From NCBI GenBank assembly GCA_964016885.1, contig OZ024763.1:3534001-3598000 (forward strand): a DNA stretch of 64,000 nucleotides, read 5' to 3'. Origin of the DNA: Eledone cirrhosa. Lineage: Eukaryota. The notes under the pieces are model-generated. The model was not told the origin of the DNA and ran no database searches. It saw nothing but the letters and a program-made list of their open reading frames with translations. Position numbers and translations under genes: made by a program. Of this stretch, positions 53,750 to 64,000 are shown piece after piece. The stretch's first letter is position 1. Each line of letters starts with the position of its first letter.

Positions 53750-54060
53750 AGCATGCAGTCCACACTGTAAAGTGGTCATGTAGGTATCACAACAAAAAGG
53801 GCTGAGTCTACACTGTAAAGTAGTCATGTAGGTGTCATGACAAAAGGACCCAGTCTACACTGTAAAGTGGTCGTGTAGGTTTCATTATATAAAGCACCCA
53901 GTCCACACTGTAAAGTGGTCGTGTAGGTATCACGACAAAAAGTATCCAGTCCACACTGTAAAGTGGTTGTGTAGGTATCACGACAAAAAGTATCCAGTCC
54001 ACACTGTAAAGTGGTTGTGTGGGTGTCATGACAAAAAGCACCCAGTCCACACTGTAAATG
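53750..54060. repeat. ~48-bp tandem expansion of a retroelement tail segment
   Basis: CAGTCCACACTGTAAAGTGG..GTAGGT units, also seen in LINE/SINE tails at 32170-32240 and 37360-37430. Confidence 0.8.
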
Positions 54061-54333
54061 TGCTTGGCATTAGGAAGGACATTCAGCCGTTGAAATCTTG
54101 CCAGAAACAGCCCTGTATGAGTAAGACAAGGTCACCTGACCCAACTTGCCTCAAATGGGACAACCCGTCTAACCCATGCTAGCATGGAAAAAGGACGTTA
54201 TACAATGATGATGATTATATCAATAGAGTTCAATAGAGATATCAATGGAGATATCAATGAGTTGTAGTGCACCTGAGCACTGTACACAATAATTTTCATA
54301 ATAAATCATTATTATTATTATATATACCCCTGG

Positions 54334-54525
54334 GTGGTGGATTTGGCAGAATTGGTAGAGTGTCAGACACCATGCCTTGCAATATAGAGTTATGGCCCTT
54401 TATGATCTGAGTTCAAATCCCGCCGAGGTTAACTTTGCCTTTCATCCTTACGGGGTCAATAAAATAAAGTACCAGTAATGCACTGGGAATAATTGCTGGC
54501 CTTGTGCCAAAAGTAGAAACAATTT
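54334..54525 (+). mobile_element. Second tRNA-derived SINE with Meta-domain-like core
   Basis: TGGCAGAATTGG / GAGTTCAAATCC boxes plus GCCTTTCATCCTTACGGGGTC-ATAAAATAAAGTACCAG; copies at 33860-33980(-), 38160-38300, 51075-51183, 57430-57665(-) and 62906-63095(-). Confidence 0.7.
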
Positions 54526-54673
54526 TTATATAACACCGTCATTAGAGGCCAGCTAAATCTATACAGGTGTGAACTGTAACAACAACAAGAAGATCTGGGT
54601 AGTTACATACCACTGGGTGGGGTCTTGTGGTGGGGAGTAGGGTTGAAATATTAAATCTGAGACACTGTCCTAC

Positions 54674-54862
54674 CCTGTTGTTCAGCTTTCTCCACAGCTT
54701 CCTTTAACTTTTCCTTGGCTTCCTGTTGCAGGGTCTCAGCGAGATGTTCCACTTCCTTCTTGTGGAGGTCTTCAGTCTTAGAAATACGGTCCTTTAATTG
54801 TTTGTTCTCCTCTACTGCCAGGGACCATTTCTTCTGTAAGAACTCAATATGGGTGCCAGGTT
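54674..54862 (-). CDS. FHAD1: FHAD1-like exon PGTHIEFLQKKW...KAEQQ (189 nt, 1/1)
   Basis: tcccag acceptor, G|gtagga donor, phase matches both neighbours. Confidence 0.8.
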
Positions 54863-55134
54863 CTGGGAACAGAAGAATAACAGAATCATCATCATTGTCA
54901 CCATCACCACCAACATCATCACTACCATCATCATCATCATCACCACCAACACCATCACCAACACCATCACTACCATCATCATTATCATCATCATCATCAC
55001 CACCAACACCATCATTACCATCACCATTACCTCATCACCACCATCATCATTACGATACCAGTGTACAGAGAGAGAGAGATAAAGAAAGAGGGAGTGAGAG
55101 AGAGAGTGAAAGAGAGAGAGGAAGCAAGTGATAG

Positions 55135-55169
<35 letters not shown>

Positions 55170-55761
55170 TATATTTCTTTATTAGCCACAGGGGCACAAA
55201 AGAAGGGGACAAATACAAAGGGGGAAGTTTACATACAATAAAAACGTGTAAAATGTTAATAGAGAGATAGATAGATAGAAAGAGAGAGAGAGAGAGATAG
55301 ATAGATAGATATATATATATATAGAGAGAGAGAGATAGATAGATATAGAGAGGGAGAGAGTTAGAGAGAGAGATAGCGAGTGATATATATATATAACCCT
55401 GAGCACCTTTTTGATCTCCATGTGTCTAACACAAAATCAGAAAACAGCACAGCTCCCATGACTTTCGTAGACATTTTTTCACGCTCAGAGTTGCTGAAGC
55501 ATGGAACAAACTACCTGCATCAGTTGTTAGCTGCCGAGACACTGCATCCTTTAAAACCCTCATGCTTCCCGAAATTCGCCAAAACTACACCTGATGTACC
55601 CCTTCCATACACATGCACACATGTGTTTATCATGACTCATGCACTGTTCATTTTACTGACGTTTGTACATTACCCTATGTACTATGCATACACTTTTTGA
55701 TGAGTTGTAGTGCACCTGAGCACTGTACACAATATTTTCATTATTATTATATATATATATG

Positions 55762-56085
55762 TTGTTACGTCCGCTTTTCCCTGCTTGCAAGGGTAGGATG
55801 GGAAGTGATTCTGGCTTGATTTCTACAGCTGGATGCCCTTCCTAACACCAACCTCATTTACAGTTAGTGCTGGGTGCTTTTTTGCCGTGGCACCTCCACG
55901 ACCACTTTGCAGTGGAATGATAGGGACCCCAGTCCCTATCATCTCATTTCTACAGCTGAGTAAACTGGAGCAATGTGAAATAAAGTGTCTTGCTCCAGGA
56001 AACAACACATCACTCGGTCTGAGAATTGAACTCACAACCTTTCGATTGCAAGGCCAATGCTCTAACCACTAAGCCATGTGCCTCC
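55762..56085 (-). mobile_element. Full-length copy of the tRNA-derived SINE
   Basis: Reverse complement of 15170..15495. Confidence 0.8.
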
Positions 56086-56123
56086 ATATATATATCGTTT
56101 CTGAATTATCCCAAAGTATAACA

Positions 56124-56181
<58 letters not shown>

Positions 56182-56184
56182 TAC

Positions 56185-56383
56185 CCTCTGTAGAAATGGC
56201 AACATTGACGCCACATTTAGTCAGAGATTCCTCAATCTTCTGTTCCCAATCCAATTCCAGTTGAATCATTTCTTCAAACAAATTCTTCAAACCAATCAAA
56301 CATTTCTCGGTGTTGACAGAACTTAAAAGTTTCATCTCTTGGGAAAGTATGGGACTTCGAAGTCCCTCTTTCTTCAACCTGGC
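56185..56383 (-). CDS. FHAD1: FHAD1-like exon [10 protein letters not shown]...AISTE (199 nt, 0/1)
   Basis: ttttag acceptor, G|gtaatg donor. Confidence 0.8.
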
Positions 56384-56840
56384 CTAAAATATAATAAAAT
56401 AAAATCTATATATAAATTTGACCAACTTCCATCTGTCTGTCACATAATGTGTCTGTGTGTGCATGTGTGTCTGTCTATGTGTATGTGTCTGTGTGTCTGT
56501 GTGTGTGTCTGTCTGTCTCTGTGTGTTTGCATGTGTGTGTGTGTGTGTCTGTCTGTCTCTGTGTGTGTGCATGTGTGTGTGTGTGTGTGTGTGTGTGTCT
56601 GTATGTGTGTGTGTATCTGTGTGCGAGTGTGCCTGTGTCTGTGTGTGTGTGTCTGTGTCTGTGTGTGTAGGTCAATACCTCATGTAGAATCACTCAACCA
56701 ATCAACCAATCAATAATCAATAACCAATCTACCAATCACTCAACCAATCAATAACAAATCTACCAATCAATAACCAATCAACCAATCACTCAACCAATCA
56801 ATAACCAATCAGCTAATCAATAACCAATCAATCAACTTAC

Positions 56841-57080
56841 CAGTGATTCCTGACATCCACCTCGTAGTTTGTGAATATTTTTAATTAGTTCTTCCTTGTT
56901 TTTAGAAACCTCATTAACCTTGTCCTTCATCTTGGTAAGTCGTTCGTTAAAGTTGTTCTCGGCTAAGGCCATCTTCTTTAACATGTCCACCATCTCGTCA
57001 TCACTGACCACCTTCTTAGGTATTTCACAGCCAGACACGGAGAAAATTGACTGGACCACCCTGCTACGGAAACATTCCAA
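56841..57080 (-). CDS. FHAD1: FHAD1-like exon LECFRSRVVQ...CQESL (240 nt, 0/0)
   Basis: ctacag acceptor, CTG|gtaagt donor. Confidence 0.85.
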
Positions 57081-57109
57081 CTGTAGGTGGGAAATATTTT
57101 AATTAGAGA

Positions 57110-57430
57110 CATTAATTAGATTCAGGTGAGAGAGATATGTCGTTAGTGTTATACCTGTTAATTAAGGTAAGAAAATTTGTTAATTAGACTGAGGTGAGAG
57201 ATATGTCATTAGTACTTTACCTGTTAATTAAGGTAAGAAAATTTGTTAATTAGACTGAGGTGAGAGATATGTCATTAGTACTTTACCTGTTAATTAAGGT
57301 AAGAAAATTTGTTAATTAGACACCTTAATTAGACTGAGGTGAGAGATAGCTACATCATTAATGTTCTACCTGTTAATTAGTCTGAGGTGGGAGATACGTA
57401 CTTCATTAGTATTCCACCTGTTAATTACTA
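57110..57430. repeat. ~66-bp minisatellite
   Basis: TAATTAGACTGAGGTGAGAGAT...ACCTGTTAATTAAGGTAAG. Confidence 0.8.
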
Positions 57431-57777
57431 TATGCCACAAAGCATGTTGTCCGACACACTACCGATTACTGCCATAACAATGGTTTCTTACATAGGCACA
57501 AGGCCAACAAGTTTAAATCAACCCCAGTACATTACTGGTACTTTATTTTATCAATTCCGTAAGGATGAAAGGCAATGTTAACCTCAGCGGGATTTGAACT
57601 CAGAATGTAAAGGGCCGTAACTCTATGCTGCAAAGCATGGTGTCCGACGCTTTACCAATTACTGCTAATACACCAAAAAGCAGCAGCAGCAGCAACAAAA
57701 ACAACAACTACAGCAACAACAAAACAACAGCAGCAGCAACCACCAACAACACCACCACCACCACCACCAACACCACC

Positions 57778-57808
<31 letters not shown>

Positions 57809-57972
57809 CCACCACCAACACCACCAACCACAACAACAACACCACCACCAACACCACCAACCACAACAACACCACCACCAACAACAACAACAACAACACC
57901 ACCACCAACACCACCACCACCACCAACAACAACAACACCACCACCACCACCAACAACACCACCAACAACACC

Positions 57973-58003
<31 letters not shown>

Positions 58004-58570
58004 CCACCACCACCAACACCACCAACAACAACACCACCACCAACAACACCACCAACAACAACAACACCACCACCACCACCACCAACAACACCACCACCAA
58101 CAACAACACCACCACCACCACCAACAACAACAGAAGAAATCTTTAAAAACTCAAGAGAAATGAAACCAACTTTTTTGCTAGTCTGTTCTAAGTCGATTCT
58201 CACCATTCTCTCAGATCTCTGCAAGTCTTCCAACTCTGACCTCACTTTCTCCATTTCAACCGAAGTCTGTTGTTTCTCTTCTCTCTGGTCACTGACCAGT
58301 TGTTTCAGCGCCACAAGTTCTGACTCCTGGGACTTCCAGAATGTAAAGGGCCGTAACTCTATACTGTAAAGCATGGTGTCCGACGCTTTACCAATTACTG
58401 CTAATACACCAAAAAGCAGCAGCAGCAGCAGCAGCAAAAACAACAACTAAAGCAACAACAAAACAACAGCAGCAGCAACCACCAACAACACCACCACCAA
58501 CAACAACAACACCACCAACAACAACAACAACAGAAGAAATCTTTAAAAACTCAAGAGAAATGAAACCAAC

Positions 58571-58861
58571 TTTTTTGCTAGTCTGTTCTAAGTCGATTCT
58601 CACCATTCTCTCAGATCTCTGCAAGTCTTCCAACTCTGACCTCACTTTCTCCATTTCAACCGAAGTCTGTTGTTTCTCTTCTCTCTGGTCACTGACCAGT
58701 TGTTTCAGCGCCACGAGTTCTGACTCCTGAGACTTCACCAAGCTCTTCTTATCTTCCATATCTTTCTCCAACAACATCAAACTATTGCGAAGTTTAAGGA
58801 TCTCTTTCTCTCGTGCTTCGCCTACTTCAACAGTCTTGGCAGTCCCTTTCACTTTTGATAA
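58571..58861 (-). CDS. FHAD1: FHAD1-like exon LSKVKGTAK...LEQTSKK (291 nt, 0/0)
   Basis: taccag acceptor, AAA|gttggt donor; ORF track 58388..58852. Confidence 0.8.
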
Positions 58862-60033
58862 CTGGTAATAGGGTAGTAGACATAATATGAGATAAACAGA
58901 CAGACAGATAGACAGACAGTCATAAAATAAGACTTACTTTACAGAAATACACACACACATTCATACACATACATATACATATAACAGACCTGTCAACTCT
59001 CCCTGTCTGACAGCGAGGTTTCCCATCCACTTTGGAGTGGGTGAGGGATGTCTTCTCTTGTGAAAATGTGTATAGCTTTCATTATGTAAAATCTCCCCAT
59101 TTGGCCCCATTTCTCGGCACCCTTTTTTCATGGTATCCCTGTTTGGCTTTTTAGAGGTTAGCAGGTCTGATATGTGTATGTGTGTGACAGCTCACACCTA
59201 TGCAGGTTTAGCTGGCCTCCTCCAAGATATATCTCGTTGGAGGTATGATAGGGACCCCAGTCCTATCATCTCATTTCTACAACTGAGTAAACTGGAGCAA
59301 CGTGAAATAAAGTGTCTTGCTCAAGGAAACAACACATCCCTCGGTTCGAGAATTGAACTCACTTTTGATTGCAAGCCCAATGCTCTAACCACTAAGTCAT
59401 ACACACATGTACATAAAATATATGTTATTGTAATCATCCAGATACAATAAAACCCTTCTGCTTCTGCTCAAGGGAGATAAATCTCTAATCTGGTATGTGA
59501 TGTCACATGATGTAACGTGTTCCCCCACCTCCAACCTTGTCACTTTAGCCACAGACTTCAGACGATGAAACCCTTATCTTTGAGGAGCAGAATAAGGTCA
59601 ATTACTGGGATTTGACCAACCCCTTCCTTGTTGTGGTCACTGTTGTAACCTCTGGGTGTGCTCGGTCCTTAAACTGGCACTTCCTTCCACAAAATTGGGA
59701 AGAGTGCAGCCTGCCCGAGAAAGGAGCTGAGATAGACTTCCTCGTCTGGTCGTCTTACTCTCCCTCCCTATTATTTCTGTAGGGCACAGCTGAGATATCC
59801 CACATAGACTAATGGCCCTACCTATACCATTGTTAGCAGGGAACAGCTAAGATATACCCCCTAGACTGGGGTGTTCAATAAACCCCCCTTCTCTCCCTCC
59901 CTTATATCATTTCTCTTCCTTTTGCTATTTATTCTTTGCCCTTGTTTCATGTATTTCTGTAGAAATAGCGACAGGAAAGGGTTCCACTCCCTGTTGACCC
60001 CTAAACCTCTATATTGGTCAAAGATATAAAAAC

Positions 60034-60126
60034 CTTATTGGTCAGTTGTTTCAGATCAGTGTCTTTCTTCCAGCTGTCCTTCTTGAGGGTCTCCATTTCT
60101 CTGGTCAGTTTCGAGAGAGAACAATC
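60034..60126 (-). CDS. FHAD1: FHAD1-like exon DCSLSKLTREMETLKK...LTNK (93 nt, 0/0)
   Basis: tttcag acceptor, AAG|gttttt donor, coiled-coil peptide. Confidence 0.75.
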
Positions 60127-60169
60127 CTGAAATTATAATTGGTCAGTTAACTGGACAGAATCACAACTG

Positions 60170-61120
60170 GACACACTACACCACACCACATTACACCACA
60201 CCACACAACACCGCACCACATTACACCACACTAGACCACATTACACCACACTAGACCACATTACACCACACCACACTACACAACACCGCACCACATTACA
60301 CCACACCACACTACACAACACCGCACCACATTACACCACACCACACCACACCACATTACACCACACTAGACCACATTACACCACACCAAACTACACCTCA
60401 CTAGACCACACTACACAACACCGCACCACATTACACCACACCACACAACACCGCACCACATTACACCACACCACACTACACAACACCGCACCACATTACA
60501 CCACGCTAGACCACATTACACCACACCACACTACACAACACTGCACCACATTACACAACACCGCACCACATTACACCACACTAGACCACATTACACCACA
60601 CCACACTACACCTCACTAGACCACACTACACAACATCACACCACATTACACCACACCGCACCACATTACACCACACTAGACCTCACTAGACCACATTACA
60701 ACACACTACACCTCACTAGACCACACTACACAACACCGCACCACAATACACCACACCACACAACACCACACCACACTAGACCTCACTACACAACACTACA
60801 CAACACCGCACCACATTACACTGCACTGGATCTCACTACACCACACTGGACCTCAATAGACCACATTACACTATACCACACTACACTACACCACACCACA
60901 CTACACAACACCGCACTACACCACATTACACCACACTGGACCTCACTAGACCACATTACACTGCACCGCACTACACCACACCACACTTCACTACACTACA
61001 CTACACTACACAGGACCACACCACACCGCACTACACTACACCACACTACACTACACCACACCACACTTCACTACACTACACAGGACCACACCACACCACA
61101 CTACACCACACTACTACACC
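60170..61120. repeat. (CACCA/CACTA)n pentamer microsatellite
   Basis: Pentanucleotide run. Confidence 0.9.
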
Positions 61121-61122
61121 AC

Positions 61123-62531
61123 ACCCACCTTGCTAGACACCTCCATCTGTAGCTGGGTCACAAGTCCTGTAATGACCCACCTTGCTAGACACCTCCACCT
61201 GTAGCTGGGTCACAAGCCCGGTAATGACCCACCTTGCTAGACACCTCCATCTGTAGCTGGGTCACAAGCCCTATAATGACCCACCTTGCTAGACACCTCC
61301 ATCTGTAGCTGGGTCACAAGTCCTGTAATGACCCACCTTGCTAGACACCTCCACCTGTAGCTGGGTCACAAGTCCTGTAATGACCCACCTTGCTAGACAC
61401 CTCCATCTGTAGCTGGGTCACAAGTCCTGTAATGACCCACCTTGCTAGACACCTCCATCTGTAGCTGGGTCACAAGTCCTGTAATGACCCACCTTGCTAG
61501 ACACCTCCATCTGTAGCTGGGTCACAAGCCCTATAATGACCCACCTTGCTAGACACCTCCACCTGTAGCTGGGTCACAAGCCCTATAATGACCCACCTTG
61601 CTAGACACCTCCATCTGTAGCTGGGTCACAAGCCCTATAATGACCCACCTTGCTAGACACCTACCTCCATCTGTAGCTGGGTCACAAGCCCTATAATGAC
61701 CCACCTTGCTAGACACCTCCATCTGTAGCTAGGTCACAAGCCCTATAATGACCCACCTTGCTAGACACCTCCACCTGTAGCTGGGTCACAAGCCCGGTAA
61801 TGACCTACCTTGCTAGACACCTCCATCTGTAGCTGGGTCACAAGTCCTATAATGACCCACCTTGCTAGACACCTCCATCTGTAGCTGGGTCACAAGTCCT
61901 GTAATGACCCACCTTGCTAGACACCTCCATCTGTAGCTGGGTCACAAGCCCTATAATGACCCACCTTGCTAGACACCTACCTCCATCTGTAGCTGGGTCA
62001 CAAGCCCTATAATGACCCACCTTGCTAGACACCTCCACCTGTAGCTGGGTCACAAGCCTTATAATGATCCACCTTGCTAGACACCTCCATCTGTAGCTGG
62101 GTCACAAGCCCTATAATGACCCACCTTGCTAGACACCTCCACCTGTAGCTTGGCCACAAGCCCTATAATGACCCACCTTGCTAGACACCTCCACCTGTAG
62201 CTGGGTCACAAGTCCTGTAATGACCCACCTTGCTAGACACCTCCACCTGTAGCTGGGCCACAAGCCCTATAATGACCCACCTTGCTAGACACCTCCATCT
62301 GTAGCTGGGCCACAAGCCCTATAATGACCCACCTTGCTAGACACCTCCACCTGTAGCTTGGCCACAAGCCCTATAATGACCCACCTTGCTAGACACCTCC
62401 ACCTGTAGCTGGGTCACAAGTCCTGTAATGCACCTTGCTAGACACCTCCATCTGTAGCTGGGTCACAAGCCCTATAATGACCCACCTTGCTAGACACCTC
62501 CATCTGTAGCTGGGTCACAAGTCCTGTAATG
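61123..62531 (-). repeat. 52-bp tandem array of exon 3' end plus donor site (~27 copies)
   Basis: Unit (minus) CATTACAGGACTTGTGACCCAGCTACAGATGGAGGTGTCTAGCAAG|GTGGGT. Confidence 0.95.
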
Positions 62532-62653
62532 ATATTTTTGTCTTTCCTCATTCTCTCCAATTCTTTCTCCAATTTATCCAACTTTGTTCTGTTCTCGAAT
62601 TCTTGTTTACTGTACGAAGCTGTTGAGTCTCGTTTCAATTCCACTTTCAGACC
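62486..62653 (-). CDS. FHAD1: FHAD1-like exon GLKVELKRDS...VTQLQMEVSSK (168 nt, phase 0/0)
   Basis: ttccag acceptor, AAG|gtgggt donor, open frame. Confidence 0.8.
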
Positions 62654-62849
62654 CTGGAAAATAAAAACAATTTTTAAAAAAATCAATAACATCAGCGAGA
62701 CTGAAACCCTTTCAAAATCAACAACAGTGTAGGACTCAATACCCAGTGTCTAACATATGTATACACAGTACAGCATTTCAACAATGGTGCAGCACTCAAT
62801 ACCTAGCGTGTGAAGATTAGGAAAGGAAGTTAGGAACAGGTGGTTGGGA

Positions 62850-62907
<58 letters not shown>

Positions 62908-63186
62908 ATTGTTTCTACTTTAGGCACAAGGCCAGCAATTACCCAGTGCATTACTGGTACTTTATTTTATCGACCCCGTGAGGATGAAAGGCAAAGTCAA
63001 CCTTGGCGGGATTTGAACTCAGATCATAAAGGGGCGTAACTATGCTGGAAAGCATGGCGTCCGACCCTCTACCGATACTGCAAATCCACCGCCCATTATT
63101 ATTATATATATATATATATATATATAATAATAATGAAATTATTGTGTACAGTGCTCAGGTGCACTACAACTCATCAAAGGTACATG

Positions 63187-63221
<35 letters not shown>

Positions 63222-63266
63222 GTATATATATATATGTATATATATATGTATATATATATGTATATA

Positions 63267-63315
<49 letters not shown>

Positions 63316-63322
63316 GTATATA

Positions 63323-63365
<43 letters not shown>

Positions 63366-63394
63366 ATATATATATATGTATATATATATATGTG

Positions 63395-63489
<95 letters not shown>

Positions 63490-63855
63490 GTATATATATA
63501 TGTATATATATATATGTATATATATGTATATATATATATATATATATATAACAAAGAAGAAAGTGTGGTAAGAAACCAGGTGGACCATAATGCACCAGAG
63601 TACTCGATACTTAGAGTAGTAGAGTGGGTATATATATATATATATAATATAAGATCAAAAGATGGTTAAAGGAGTTCCATGTATTTTATTATGCGCATTT
63701 CAAAAACAAACATCATCATGCAATAATATTTGTGTTTTCATCAGATAAAACAGGAGAACATGATATGAAGGCTAAAAAACACTTGTGGACAGTGCAGTTG
63801 ATTTAAAACTGCACTGTCCACAAGTGTTTTTTAGCCTTCATATCATGTTCTCCTG

Positions 63856-63922
63856 TTTTATCTGATGAAAACACAAATATTATTGCATGATGATGTTTGT
63901 TTTTGAAATGCGCATAATAAAA
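63856..63922 (+). ncRNA. Minimal hammerhead motif (mirror copy 63684..63750 on minus)
   Basis: ttttat-CTGATGA-(long stem II)-GAAA-TGCGCA-TA-ataaaa. Confidence 0.75.
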
Positions 63923-64000
63923 TACATGGAACTCCTTTAACCATCTTTTGATCTTATATTATGTATACTCCAGTCCTACAAACTGTAGAGTGCTTCTTAT

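Overview
AT-rich, (TA)n-saturated animal genomic DNA. The repeat landscape looks cephalopod/octopus-like, which is an inference. The right three quarters (~17.7-62.7 kb, minus strand) carry at least 18 phase-compatible exons of a coiled-coil gene, plus a probable terminal exon. Its C-terminal motifs match what I recall of FHAD1, and the 5' end/FHA domain lies beyond the window. Intergenic and intronic space holds RTE- and CR1-type LINE fragments, a frameshifted DD37D (maT) Tc1/mariner element, tRNA-derived SINEs, a mariner-like MITE with an internal 88-bp satellite, a ~3.2-kb foldback palindrome and many mini/microsatellites. Two patterns stand out. (1) About a dozen minimal hammerhead-ribozyme motifs of Penelope-like pLTR type, from several unrelated families, mostly arranged as head-to-head mirror images so that any read-through transcript makes the antisense arm first. 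(2) Several FHAD1 exon/intron junctions have themselves been amplified into tandem arrays (about 27 and about 20 copies of the exon end plus donor site), creating banks of decoy splice sites. Most ORFs in the supplied track are microsatellite artefacts.
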